From a virus, in IMG/VR virus record IMGVR_UViG_3300025617_000006: a stretch of 64,000 nucleotides of DNA, one strand, 5' to 3'. Positions 38,801 through 49,052 of the stretch are shown here, piece by piece; position 1 is the first letter of the stretch; the number at the start of each line of letters is the position of its first letter. A program made the position numbers and the translations under genes. The notes under the pieces are model-generated. The model saw only the letters and a list, made by a program, of their open reading frames with translations, was not told the origin of the DNA and ran no database searches.

Positions 38801-40880
38801 CCGGTACATCATCAGTGCTATCAGCAAGTAATGCATTTCCAGCAATTGCTCTTAAATTATTTAAAATAGTTTGTGCTTCGGGCTCTTCAGTAATTGTACT
38901 ATCAGTAATTTGTAATGTTGGATTTGCAACACTACGTAATGTTTGATAGTCAGTCGCCGGAGTGTCCTGTGTAATAACATCGTCAATTAATGTAGTTACA
39001 AACTCTAAAGTTGCTTTAAATTCTGCTGTAATGCCATCATTAGATACATAATACTGATCAGCGGCGCTATCAAAATATGCTAAAGTTTCTAATCTTGTTC
39101 GCTTATTACCACCATGTGATAAATCCCAAACAAGTGCATCAATAAATGTGCCTAAATCTCTACGCCAATCTGCCGCAGTATACGTAAAGGATCCGGTAAA
39201 CGGTGAACTTGAATTAACAACTTGTGTGTCAACCCAACTTAAAACTTCGTCTTGAATAAATGCTTTGTTACGCTTTAATAACTGAGTAGCATACGGTTTC
39301 CTTGCGCCTTTTTCAATTTGTTGTAGCCCAAAATTAACTGTTTTAAATGGTTTGTCAAGAGTAACACCTGCCGCTGGAACATCTGAGTCAACACCATCGG
39401 GTGAAGTATAATATACCGCGTCTAATTGGCCGAAATATGCCCATTCCGGAGTATCACCAAGTTCATTAACTTTTAATACCTGTCCTGGTGCACCAACTGG
39501 AAGTCTTGTAGGTCCTGATCCACTGTAGTAAACAAGGTCACCTTGTGTAGTTAAGTTTCCTGCTTCAGCGCCGCCGGATAACAAATTCCAAAAGTTACCA
39601 TCAGTGTCTTGGTCTGGTCTGTTCTGTCCTGCACCAACTTCTTCAGATGTATGTGATGCAATACAAACATACGAGTTTACATCGTTAATGCCGCGTACAA
39701 CATCCCCTTTATCATAATAAACATCGTCTTCCCAAGGACCTTTCCAATATAGCCCTTCGTTTAGTTTGTCCCAGTAAACTGCATCTGGAGGTCTGTTACC
39801 TGTACCGTCTGCAAGTGCAATAAATGTCCAACCACCAAGCCTAACTACATCGCCAATTTTGTAAGCAAAATCATTGTCGTAATCGCCGCGGAAAGTAAAT
39901 CCTGTTGTAAATAAATCCCATTCGGTTGGATTATTAAACGGTACTTGTCCAAAATTGTTTGTGATTGAAATATACGAATAACCGCCGTATGTTACAACAT
40001 CGCCGGGCTGGTAGTTTACATTGTTTTGCCAACTATCTTCAAATTCTAATCCTGGTACAAAGATTGCCCAGTTATTTTCATCTGCCGCTAGTGTTGCACC
40101 CGATGTATGGTACGATGTACAAATCCAAATATCTGAACCATATTTTACAACATCGTTAATTTTATATCTTGTAGAAGTTGTCCAGTCTTGCTTGTATTCA
40201 ATACCCTTGTGAATATAATCCCACTTTGCTTGATCTGCTTCAAGACCTAATGTGTCAGTTAATGCCGCAGTGTGGCCTGTGTTACAAAAGTATAACTGTC
40301 CACCATAACGAACAACATCACCGGCTTTATAACGTGTAGTGGCTGTCCAAACGTTTTTCCATTCTTGTCCGTTTGCAAATGTATCCCATTTAGTACTATC
40401 TAATTCTAAACCGTCTGCGCCATCTGCCGCAGATGTGTGTTCTTCTGTACACAAATACATAACGCCGCCATAACGGACAACATCGTTAACTTTGTACCTA
40501 GTTTCAACACCCCAAGATCCTTGCCAATCAAAACCTTCTGAAAATAAATCCCATTTAGTTTGATCTAACTCAAGTCCGTCGCCTTCAGTTCCTGCTGACG
40601 TATGTCCTGTGTTACAAACGTATAACAATCCGCCGTATTTTACTACATCGTTTGGTTTGTATACTGTTGTTAGAGCCCATGTGCCCTTCCACTCAGTACC
40701 GTCTGCTAATAGGTCAAAATACCCAATATCAGTGTCAAATGAGTTTCCGCTGATGTGTCCTTGGTTAACGATATATGTACGTCCACCGTATCTGACAACA
40801 TCATCTTTATAATATTGTTTTGAAGATGTCCATGCACCTTTCCATATAAATCTAATTCTACCAAGTTTAAATTCAGCCAT
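35802..40880 (-). CDS. Large virion fibre/appendage protein (1692 aa): 8 CBM-like repeats plus beta-helix core
   Basis: 8 W...Y...DVV.YGG..Y.C...H repeats; VGDELRST, ANDFTQ, ELVSVF; RVFYTSTDQDGNFRVG; paralog of 40923..47156. Confidence 0.7.
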   Translation of the reverse strand: MAEFKLGRIRFIWKGAWTSSKQYYKDDVVRYGGRTYIVNQGHISGNSFDTDIGYFDLLADGTEWKGTWALTTVYKPNDVVKYGGLLYVCNTGHTSAGTEGDGLELDQTKWDLFSEGFDWQGSWGVETRYKVNDVVRYGGVMYLCTEEHTSAADGADGLELDSTKWDTFANGQEWKNVWTATTRYKAGDVVRYGGQLYFCNTGHTAALTDTLGLEADQAKWDYIHKGIEYKQDWTTSTRYKINDVVKYGSDIWICTSYHTSGATLAADENNWAIFVPGLEFEDSWQNNVNYQPGDVVTYGGYSYISITNNFGQVPFNNPTEWDLFTTGFTFRGDYDNDFAYKIGDVVRLGGWTFIALADGTGNRPPDAVYWDKLNEGLYWKGPWEDDVYYDKGDVVRGINDVNSYVCIASHTSEEVGAGQNRPDQDTDGNFWNLLSGGAEAGNLTTQGDLVYYSGSGPTRLPVGAPGQVLKVNELGDTPEWAYFGQLDAVYYTSPDGVDSDVPAAGVTLDKPFKTVNFGLQQIEKGARKPYATQLLKRNKAFIQDEVLSWVDTQVVNSSSPFTGSFTYTAADWRRDLGTFIDALVWDLSHGGNKRTRLETLAYFDSAADQYYVSNDGITAEFKATLEFVTTLIDDVITQDTPATDYQTLRSVANPTLQITDSTITEEPEAQTILNNLRAIAGNALLADSTDDVPAEIIANDSLFVKTGQFNEVLPMVIPESCAVVGDELRSTKISPASSLVDSSDTQYSLAGLVHLASIIDDICTNTAITKQVGNPLDQDVALPAGSGAAGTAAAAVVTAIKNKIDFDLNAIGSDVSMSGVNDPITSAGYTDSVLRIEENKEFMVEDVIKKIEIDFPSYTFTDALKASCKRDVRRYIEAVQNDIIYTGNYKGLRAAEQYVNAVNGSLLENMFLVRNGTGLRNCTTTGLSGVLGADNLYGTKRPTAGAYVSLDPGWGTGHKAVWVTNKSCYVQNVTTFGTACVGLKIDGDLHAGGNDSIVANDFTQVLSDGIGVWCTNLGRTELVSVFSYYGHIGYLAENGGKIRATNGNSSYGTFGTVAEGVDATEVPIIAYADNKAQQAVVGNIITDGDRVLALEYTNAGRDYDLDGGNANIVITGDGFGIGTVTPVTRTAGIMEVRLLNTDEEYGGEDYVTVSNAAQIGDATSITISNTDTNASGALVGMAIWITAGLGAGQYAYIDTYNAGTKQATVKKYSDDTPGWDHIIGESILTLLDSTTTYDITPRVTFSTPAGDGSSTTIRAIGRAKVADGKIAEIKIIEPGQGYDETAAITITDPSNTTDAPLEVRIGDGVLAQPTFAAGSNLGRGQGFETAVASISATQNEITITGVSQASPAVVTAVGHGITVDGTKVNISEVLGMIKFFDPSDFYVKVLTADTFELYEDPLTSVPIDTTSEATYSTNGKVRWGGGFMDRYQPGKYIQVSGMREIPRAGSNIEFTGQNNVFYKLVAITNLRGTGPYSAQLQISPDLPVDTAPEHNEDAEVRIRYSQVRLTGHDFLDIGTGNFTNTNYPNIPLQDPEPDSETVEGGGGRVFYTSTDQDGNFRVGGLFNVEQSTGIATLNADAFNISGLQELQLGDIALGNTGATINEFSTDGTFSANSDSIVPTQRAIRTYITSQIGGGASTLNVNQIIAGLVQISGQEITTTTVVPINVDAQFNFRGGVDGAPVALNMFLMG

Positions 40881-40922
40881 TTTTGGTTCCTAACAATGTG
40901 TTAATACTATTTATCATAGTTG

Positions 40923-43900
40923 TTATTTCCCCGCTCCCATATCCTGTGGAGTAGTAGGGTCTCCTTCGTCTACAAGTCCAAAATTTGCAGATCCTGTAAA
41001 GAAAGCCATAGCAGCCATATCGCCATCTACAGGTTTCTTAAAATTCATCTGCGTATTAATATTAATTTTTCTATTTGCTTCTGAACTAATTCTTCTTCCT
41101 TGAATACGTACTTCACCAGCAATAACAGCGTTAACATTAACGTTTGTGCCGCCGCCACTAATTCTACTGTCTACGTATCCTGCAATTGCTTTTTGTGTAG
41201 GTATAATTTCATTAGAGTTTGCCGCAAACGTTGGATCTGTGCTAAATTCTCTAATAACAGCATTTGTTCCTCCGAGTGTAACTCCGCCTAAACGCAATTC
41301 GCTTAGTCCGTCTAATTCAAAATAACTTGCATTTAGTGATACAATACCAGTTGCCTGTTCAACTTTAAACAATTCACCAACTCTAAAGTTACCATCTTGA
41401 TCAGTACTTGTATAGAATACTCGTCCGCCGCCTGCATCATCAGTTTCTTGGAAGTCTCTAACATCGTATCCTTCAATTGGAGTTAGTAACGGATACTGTG
41501 AACTATACAAGTTACCTTTACCAATTTCTAAGAAGTCGTGTCCAGTTAGACGGACTTGCGAATACTTTTGTCTAATAATTAAATTAGTTTCATGTTCCGG
41601 AGATTCTGCCCTGTCTAATCCCGGACTAATTGTTAGTGTTGCTTGGAAATTACCTTCATCACCGGTAATCTCTGTTACACCTTGTACAGCATAAAAGCGA
41701 TCATTAATACCAGTAATATATAAGTTATCACCTGGTCCAGGTTCGCGTAGTAAGTTTTTAACTACTAACGATGTTCCTAACTGGAATAAGTCAGCATAAC
41801 CGTCACCTGAGAGTGTAACACCAATATTAATATATCCTGTACCTCTATTAAAGAATTCAATCTGTCCTACAGTTCCGTTACGCATTCGTATGTCAAAGTT
41901 TACTGCTTCAGTAGCATCAGGATCGATAATAGTCATTACTGGCGGTGTTGCACCGTAACCAGATCCTGCTTCTTGGATGATAAAATCAGTAATTCGGCCG
42001 CCGCCAATTACACACGTTGCTCTAGTTGTTGCCCCAGTTTGGATTCGTTCAACCGATGACACACTTTGATCTGTAAGTGGATAAAATACTGGACCGTCAT
42101 CATTAACACCAACAGCCATTGCTACAAACGTTCCACTTGCAGTGGTTTGATCTTGCCAATATATTCCGTCATCTGACTGAATAATATTTCCTGTTTCTGT
42201 TATTCCAAGGAATGTTCCTTGTGCATAGTTTATAAAAATGTTATCAGGAACATTAGTATCTTCGCCTGCAAGCCAAACTGTGTCGTTAGCATTAGTTGCT
42301 GTATCAGTGAAACTGTAGAAAAACTTATTGTTTACAGTTGATAAGTCGTTTGGTGAATCATAACATGATGCAAGGAATCGACCATTACCAAATGTAAAGT
42401 CGCAAATATCATACCGTATATCGCCAATGTTATTTCCAGAATTCCATGTTAGTCCGTCGTCAACACTTTCCCAAGTATCGCCTGCTTCGTTAACAATAAT
42501 CCATTTTTGATTACCAAAAGCAATCCAATCAGCATTACTAACTCCTGCATTAATTTGAGTCCAATTATTACCGCCGTCTGTTGATCTATAAATATTTTGT
42601 GTCGATCCTGCAATAGCAATGTTAACATGAGTTCCTTCATAATTAGTACCATATGCTACAGTTTTAAATGTTAATCCGTAACTTAGTAAATTATTAGTTG
42701 CATCTCCCCAACTATTGCCGTCAGTTGATAGTTTAATTCTACCATTACCGTCTATAACAATAAATCCATTTTGAGTGTGTGCTACGCTTACATAATTTAA
42801 ATCTGCATAACTATCTGCATCTTGGAAAGTTGCACCGTCTGTTGATCTTGCAATAACATTAGTTCCTACTAATACTGTAACATTAGTGTCACCGATGTAT
42901 TTGTAAGATGAATCTTTTACAGTACCTGAAGGAATTGAACTATTATTTTGAGAATACGGAGGGCTTGTAAATGTTAGCCTTGGTGTAATTTCATAACGTG
43001 TAGTTTCGTCTAACACTGTTGAAATAGGTTCTCCTGGAAGATAGTGTTGCCATCCTGGCTGACCGTCAACTGCTCGTTTAACTTGAATATCTTTAGTACC
43101 AGGTGTTACTGCAACTACTTCTACAATAATATTATTACCTGTATTTCCAACTTGTGTTGGAAGAATTGTAATAATGTCACCCTCTTGGTTTGCTTTACCT
43201 AACCCAGTAACTTCAATTGTAGTATCACCACTTCCGTTAATTGTAACGGTAAATGTAGGTTCGACTGCGTCAGTATTACTACTAATACCTTTAATGTCCG
43301 TATATACACCTTCTGTAAGTGTTGGATCTGTAGCACTATTAACTTGGGTACTTAAAACGCCGCCGTTTAACCAATCATAACTATCAATGTATGCATATTG
43401 TCCTCGGCCTTCGCCTTCAACAATAGTAATTTGCTTGTTAAGATAATATTCTTCATTATTAACATCTTGGTTAGCAATCCTAATTACAGTCCCGTCGCCT
43501 TGTTGTGCTCGGTTATTAGCATAGGTATAATTTGCACCGCCTGCTCTAGATGAATCGCCCGGATCAAGTATTCTAATTTCAGTAACCGACCCGTTTCTAA
43601 TTTCAGTTACCCTTCCAGATGCGCCTGCGCCTGAACCTGTTACTGTTACTTCAGCACCAGTATAATGGTTACCTGTGTTACTGTAACCTACAGCAAATAA
43701 TTTATTTTCGTCGTTATAAACTTTGCTAACTTCGGCTTCTTTAGAATAGTTGTCTACCTTAGCACTAATTGGTGTTTCGTTTTGATCAAATCCAATAGCA
43801 ACCGAACCATATTCTCCGTACGAGTTGTTACCGTTTGTTGCACGTACTTTACCACCGTTAGTACACAAGTAACCGATATAACAATAATATGTAAACACCG

Positions 43901-46900
43901 ATACAAGTTCTGACAGACCGTCTGCATTACACCAGTAACCGATACCATCTTGAATAATTTGTGTAAAGTCGTTAGCAACAATTGACTTGTTACCACCATT
44001 ATGTAAATCGCCATCGACTTTCATGCCTACGCACTTTTTACCAAATGTTGACACGTTTTGTACATATGTAGATTTAGTAGTAATCCAAACAGTTTCGTCG
44101 TCTGGTCCTAGTCCTGGATCTAATGCTACAAATGCATTGCCAGGAGTTACTCTTCTAAACAAATATTCGTCTGGATCAGTAAACTCGCCTTCAAGACCGC
44201 TTAATGTCATATTGCGCAAGCCACAGCCGTTTCTAACACGGAACATATCTTCATCTTTTGTGTCCGCTGTAGGCGATACAAACGTTGAACGCAACTCGTC
44301 ACCTACAATAGCAACATCTGACGGAATGCTAATTGGGCAAATTTCTTCATATCTACCTGTTGCTACTAAAATTGTTGCCGGTGCTCTAACACCCTCATCT
44401 TCAAAAATATAGTTACATGCAAATTTAATAGTTTTAAATGGCGATGACTTTGACAAGCCTCGTCCAGACCCTGCTTGGTCAATACCGTCAGGTGAAACAT
44501 AATAAACATTTTCTGATTGTTCAAGTGCTTCCCATGTTAAATCGTTATCTAATAACACTTTGAGGGTGTCACCAGGGTTTCCAATGTTTAAGTTAGTAGT
44601 GTCAGTATCGGAATACGTTCGTATATCTCCGCGATATTGTAGTACGTTTGTATTGCCGCCTTCGATTACAGTTTGCCAAAAATCTTCTTGTGTATAATCA
44701 ATATCTAAGTCTGGTCTTGTACCAGATTGCGATGCAACATGTCGTTTAATACAACGATATAATGTGCCTTCGTATGTTACAATGTCACCTAAGAAATAAT
44801 TATTTGCTGCCGGAGCCGCATTAACTAGTATAGTTTCAGCCCAGTTGCCTCTAAATCTATCACCGTCAATTAATACTTGCCAGTAATTGTTTGAATAAAT
44901 TGTAGTTAAAGTTCCAGCGCCATACATACCTGAGTGGTTAAAGCAAACGATGTAGTTAGCCTTATATGCATCTCTTGGTACAATATATTGCACATAACGT
45001 TCAGTTGCCGCGGCAAATCCTGAATCATATGCTGTTGCATCTGCAACCTGTACACCATCTAACCAATATGTTACACCATTGTCTAAATAATTATACTGTC
45101 CGCCATTGTGGTGTCCGTTTACCGAAGTACTCAGATACAATGCATGTGTAATATTCGAACTATCACTTTGATCAAATCTATATGTATTTCCTTCAACTAA
45201 TGTTAAATCGCCTGTTAAAACACCGTCTAAATAATAACGATTTCCGCTTCCTGGATCCCCAACTGTTACTGCAATAGTAGAAGTTGATTTTTGATCATCA
45301 GGTTCGCTTCCTTGACTATCACGCAGTGCATGGTACAAGTATCCGCCGAATCTAACAACGTCTCCAGTTCTATAATTTGTAAAAGTATCCCAGTATGATG
45401 CTTCTTCTTGCAAGTCTGGGTTTTCGTTAACCTGTCCGCCTAGTCGATAACCAGTAGTTAACAGTTCCCAATCTCCAGTGTCTTGTGTAATTCCGTTTTG
45501 ACTTGGTACACTACCAATATTGATTGTTAATGATGTATAACTGTAACCACCGTACTTAACAATATCACCCGGTTGGTAAATTTCTTCTTCGTTCCAAAGT
45601 AATTCATATTCGTATCCTGGAAGCCAGATTGTAAAGAAACTTTCAGCAAATGTACTTGATGCAAGGTGGCCTGTATCACAGTACCAAATTGTTGGTCCGT
45701 ATCTTAAAATGTCACCTTTTCTATATACTTGTCTTTTAGTAAGTGTTTGCGAACCTACTCCGCCGGTTGCTTGAATAGTATTAATCCCTGCAAGCGCATC
45801 AGTTTCTTTTATGTGTAACGCAATGTTGTTACCGTCAATTACTCTAACATAGTAATATGTGTCAGTAGTTAATCTATCCGCGTCAGTCTCGTCGCTAACA
45901 TATTGAACCATTTGTCCAGTTTCAAAAGGATGATTTGAAATTTCAAGATTGCCTTCGTCAACTAAATCAATAGCAATCACTGTTTCAGGAGTCCAATGAC
46001 CTTTATATTCAATTCCGCTTAATAAAACTTCCCAGTTGTCTTGGTCTTCTTCAAGTCCTAGTGCATCGTCATTTGCACTAACATGTCCGACTAAACAGCG
46101 ATACTCTATAGCCCCATATCGTACAATGTCATCTTTTCTATATCGTACTCTTGGCTTCCATATATCTAACCAGTTGTCCGATCTTAAAACAACACTCCAT
46201 TTAGTTAAATCAACTTCTAATCCAGAAATAGTTGTACTAGATGTGTGTTCTTCAGAACATTTGTATAAAATTCCGTTATATTTAACAACATCGTCAAGTC
46301 TATAAATTACTTGAGGTTGCCATTCATAGCGCCAGTTATTTCCAATGTTAACTAATTTCCAGTTACCAAAATCATTATCTCCGATTGTGCCTGGGGTTTC
46401 AATATTAAAGTATGACCCTTTATCAAGACTGTCTGGGGAGCGATCAAAGTAATAAATTTTATCAGGTGCGTCTGACGGAACTGTCCATCTAATCTCTCTA
46501 GAACTTGCGGCTTCAAATCCTGCAAAATAAGCAGAGTCAACTACTTCTTCGCCGTCTAAATAATATGTAAGTCCTTCATTATAATAGTCAACTAATGGAG
46601 TATCTGCGTTAACACCATCTTCGTAAATACTAAACGATAGTGGATGAATCTGTCCTCCAAACTCTATGTTAGTTGGATCAGTTTGATTGAATGCATATGT
46701 ATACCCTTTTCTTAGAGTGATAACATTTCTTTCAAAATTATTTAAGAAAATTGATCCAGTTGTACTTTCTTCGTACCCTGTTGTTGTATATCGTCCAGTG
46801 TCTCTGCCGATAGTTACTGCAACATTAACCGGGTTCTCAGGTATAATATTTTCTTGTGATAAGTGACCAACAATGGCTGAATATACTTGGCCGCCGTACT

Positions 46901-47156
46901 TAACAATGTCGTTTACTTTATAATAATAATCAGGTTGCCAATCTTGAACCCACTGATATCCATCAGTCATCTGTGTCCATTTGGGTATTTCTTGATTTAA
47001 GTAATCAATATAAAAATCTGGATCTGCTGTATGTCCGTTTAAACATACAAATGTTTTACCACCGTAACTTACGATATCGTCTTTAATATATTGCTTACTA
47101 GTCTGCCACGGACCGGTCCATCTAAATCGTATTCTGTCAATTTTAAATTCAGCCAT
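40923..47156 (-). CDS. Large virion fibre/appendage protein (2077 aa) with inserted cupredoxin-like and Asp-box domains
   Basis: Same scaffold as 35802..40880, plus S.DG..W Asp-box repeats and a CFNHSGM motif. Confidence 0.7.
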   Translation of the reverse strand: MAEFKIDRIRFRWTGPWQTSKQYIKDDIVSYGGKTFVCLNGHTADPDFYIDYLNQEIPKWTQMTDGYQWVQDWQPDYYYKVNDIVKYGGQVYSAIVGHLSQENIIPENPVNVAVTIGRDTGRYTTTGYEESTTGSIFLNNFERNVITLRKGYTYAFNQTDPTNIEFGGQIHPLSFSIYEDGVNADTPLVDYYNEGLTYYLDGEEVVDSAYFAGFEAASSREIRWTVPSDAPDKIYYFDRSPDSLDKGSYFNIETPGTIGDNDFGNWKLVNIGNNWRYEWQPQVIYRLDDVVKYNGILYKCSEEHTSSTTISGLEVDLTKWSVVLRSDNWLDIWKPRVRYRKDDIVRYGAIEYRCLVGHVSANDDALGLEEDQDNWEVLLSGIEYKGHWTPETVIAIDLVDEGNLEISNHPFETGQMVQYVSDETDADRLTTDTYYYVRVIDGNNIALHIKETDALAGINTIQATGGVGSQTLTKRQVYRKGDILRYGPTIWYCDTGHLASSTFAESFFTIWLPGYEYELLWNEEEIYQPGDIVKYGGYSYTSLTINIGSVPSQNGITQDTGDWELLTTGYRLGGQVNENPDLQEEASYWDTFTNYRTGDVVRFGGYLYHALRDSQGSEPDDQKSTSTIAVTVGDPGSGNRYYLDGVLTGDLTLVEGNTYRFDQSDSSNITHALYLSTSVNGHHNGGQYNYLDNGVTYWLDGVQVADATAYDSGFAAATERYVQYIVPRDAYKANYIVCFNHSGMYGAGTLTTIYSNNYWQVLIDGDRFRGNWAETILVNAAPAANNYFLGDIVTYEGTLYRCIKRHVASQSGTRPDLDIDYTQEDFWQTVIEGGNTNVLQYRGDIRTYSDTDTTNLNIGNPGDTLKVLLDNDLTWEALEQSENVYYVSPDGIDQAGSGRGLSKSSPFKTIKFACNYIFEDEGVRAPATILVATGRYEEICPISIPSDVAIVGDELRSTFVSPTADTKDEDMFRVRNGCGLRNMTLSGLEGEFTDPDEYLFRRVTPGNAFVALDPGLGPDDETVWITTKSTYVQNVSTFGKKCVGMKVDGDLHNGGNKSIVANDFTQIIQDGIGYWCNADGLSELVSVFTYYCYIGYLCTNGGKVRATNGNNSYGEYGSVAIGFDQNETPISAKVDNYSKEAEVSKVYNDENKLFAVGYSNTGNHYTGAEVTVTGSGAGASGRVTEIRNGSVTEIRILDPGDSSRAGGANYTYANNRAQQGDGTVIRIANQDVNNEEYYLNKQITIVEGEGRGQYAYIDSYDWLNGGVLSTQVNSATDPTLTEGVYTDIKGISSNTDAVEPTFTVTINGSGDTTIEVTGLGKANQEGDIITILPTQVGNTGNNIIVEVVAVTPGTKDIQVKRAVDGQPGWQHYLPGEPISTVLDETTRYEITPRLTFTSPPYSQNNSSIPSGTVKDSSYKYIGDTNVTVLVGTNVIARSTDGATFQDADSYADLNYVSVAHTQNGFIVIDGNGRIKLSTDGNSWGDATNNLLSYGLTFKTVAYGTNYEGTHVNIAIAGSTQNIYRSTDGGNNWTQINAGVSNADWIAFGNQKWIIVNEAGDTWESVDDGLTWNSGNNIGDIRYDICDFTFGNGRFLASCYDSPNDLSTVNNKFFYSFTDTATNANDTVWLAGEDTNVPDNIFINYAQGTFLGITETGNIIQSDDGIYWQDQTTASGTFVAMAVGVNDDGPVFYPLTDQSVSSVERIQTGATTRATCVIGGGRITDFIIQEAGSGYGATPPVMTIIDPDATEAVNFDIRMRNGTVGQIEFFNRGTGYINIGVTLSGDGYADLFQLGTSLVVKNLLREPGPGDNLYITGINDRFYAVQGVTEITGDEGNFQATLTISPGLDRAESPEHETNLIIRQKYSQVRLTGHDFLEIGKGNLYSSQYPLLTPIEGYDVRDFQETDDAGGGRVFYTSTDQDGNFRVGELFKVEQATGIVSLNASYFELDGLSELRLGGVTLGGTNAVIREFSTDPTFAANSNEIIPTQKAIAGYVDSRISGGGTNVNVNAVIAGEVRIQGRRISSEANRKININTQMNFKKPVDGDMAAMAFFTGSANFGLVDEGDPTTPQDMGAGK

Positions 47157-47195
47157 TTATCTCTTCCTAAACATATTCGTTGTTGTATTTAACCA

Positions 47196-47564
47196 TTATG
47201 GAGATACCCCATTTGGAAAATCAAATTCTTGATTGATTCTAATTACTAAGTTGCCCTCATCGTCAACGTAATATATTAAATTTCGATCATCCCACCTAAA
47301 CTGCTCATAACGTAAGTTGTCATATGAGGTATTATGTTCTTCATCTCTACCCTCAAAAAACTCAATGCCACGCTGAAAGTCTGGATAGTTTTCAGTTGGA
47401 TCTCCAGGCCTGTTCACTTGTACACCGTCGGAACTTTTCATTTGATCTGATTTTACTAGATACAAATCGCCATCCTCTGTGCGCCTTAATCCATAGAAAT
47501 ACCTACTGCCCTTAACTGTCTTAAGAACTGTTCCTACTTCTGTACCTTGATAAAAACTAGCCAT
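47196..47564 (-). CDS. Hypothetical protein, paralog of 49053..49514
   Basis: YFYGLRRT, FFEGRD, YEQFRWDD, EG.LV.RINQ shared. Confidence 0.65.
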   Translation of the reverse strand: MASFYQGTEVGTVLKTVKGSRYFYGLRRTEDGDLYLVKSDQMKSSDGVQVNRPGDPTENYPDFQRGIEFFEGRDEEHNTSYDNLRYEQFRWDDRNLIYYVDDEGNLVIRINQEFDFPNGVSP

Positions 47565-47573
47565 TTATATTTC

Positions 47574-49034
47574 CTACGTTAAAATGTTTATAGTGTTGCC
47601 CATATTACTGTGTGCAGTACACTGATAATAAAGAGTTGACGGAGCATCCATCGGTACTGTGAACGTAATAACACCTGTTGAAGCATTGTTATTAACTGTT
47701 CCCGAATTATATGCCGCGCCGCCGTTTGATACTCTGATTTCAAATGGATGTCCGCCACCACTATTGTTTACAAAGTAATATGTCATACCTCTCATCAAAT
47801 ACAATACCGGGTCACTTGCTGTAGACGGAAAGCCTGGACCTGTAAATGTATAATCTGATGTTCCAGTAGAGCCAAGTGTCCATGTAATACTAGGCCCGTT
47901 AGCCATTGCAAAACTTGTGCCATTATACTGTGGGACACTACCTACTGCTACGTTTGCTGTTGATACATCTGATAACTCATTAAGTTCTGTTGCACCAGTA
48001 GTGCCGTTAAAACTAATAGTTAGTGTATCGTCTACAATTGATGTTGCAATATCAGTTCCGCCTGCTATAGTTAATGTATCAGTTAATCCGTCTGTAGTAG
48101 TTGATCCATCGTCACTTGCAAACGTTGCCCATAAATTTTGGTCTGTTGATTGATCAACAACAAATTCTAGTCCGTCTCCTGCACCGTTAACTTTAACAAA
48201 TCTGTTTGCGGCGCCTGTAAATGCACTCGGTGTATCTGTTAAGTTTAAAAATGCGCCTGCAAATAATGCTGGAGTGTTTGCAAAGTTGTCATAATCTAAA
48301 AAGTATGCACTATCAAATCCGTCTAGTGTATCTGCATCTAAACCGCTACCACCTGATGCAATATCAGCACCTGGTGCCCATTGGGTTCCGTCCCATTTAA
48401 GTACATCGCCTGTGCCTGGAGCCGATGCCGAAACGTTACTTAATGCGCTAACAGGAATAGTTGCTACTTCTGCCGCTGTAACAGCACTGCTAAATTCTAA
48501 TGCTGTAGCGCCACTGTTTACTCTTACAATTTTACCACCGGATGCTGTAAAGTTTGACGGAGTATCTGTTAATGCAGTAAATGCACTTGATCCACCTTCT
48601 GTTGCAACAGTTCCTGGAGCCCACTGACTATTTTCGTTATCCCATACTAATGCCTGTCCGTCAGTTGGAGAGTTTGGAGATACATTTCCGACATCAGCAA
48701 GATCGCTATTAGTATCAAGCATTTTACGCCATGCGTTATCGTGTGCATAATATACACACTCATCCGCAGTTACTTTTGCTAACATACCATCATATGTAGT
48801 TGGGTTTGGTAGATCACCGTAAACATCATACAAGAATGTAATCTTGTTACTTCCTGTTGAAGTTGGAGGGAAAGAGTTTAGTACATTATTAACAACAACC
48901 GATAATTGGTCACCGTCCCCTAATGCTGTATATAACTCTGTAAAGTTATTATTAATTTTAGTTGCGCCTGCTCTAAGATTGTCTCCTTGACCATCATTAG
49001 GTAATACGCCTACGTTTACTGTTTGTTTTGTCAT
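47574..49034 (-). CDS. Fibre protein with gp9/gp10-like N-terminus and C-terminal cupredoxin-like domain
   Basis: KQTVNVG..PNDGQGD.LR....KIN.NF.ELY; L.DTP and GDVLKWDG..W repeats; HPF...LYYQCTAHSNMG. Confidence 0.7.
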   Translation of the reverse strand: MTKQTVNVGVLPNDGQGDNLRAGATKINNNFTELYTALGDGDQLSVVVNNVLNSFPPTSTGSNKITFLYDVYGDLPNPTTYDGMLAKVTADECVYYAHDNAWRKMLDTNSDLADVGNVSPNSPTDGQALVWDNENSQWAPGTVATEGGSSAFTALTDTPSNFTASGGKIVRVNSGATALEFSSAVTAAEVATIPVSALSNVSASAPGTGDVLKWDGTQWAPGADIASGGSGLDADTLDGFDSAYFLDYDNFANTPALFAGAFLNLTDTPSAFTGAANRFVKVNGAGDGLEFVVDQSTDQNLWATFASDDGSTTTDGLTDTLTIAGGTDIATSIVDDTLTISFNGTTGATELNELSDVSTANVAVGSVPQYNGTSFAMANGPSITWTLGSTGTSDYTFTGPGFPSTASDPVLYLMRGMTYYFVNNSGGGHPFEIRVSNGGAAYNSGTVNNNASTGVITFTVPMDAPSTLYYQCTAHSNMGNTINILT

Positions 49035-49052
49035 AACCTGCTCCTAACTCTC

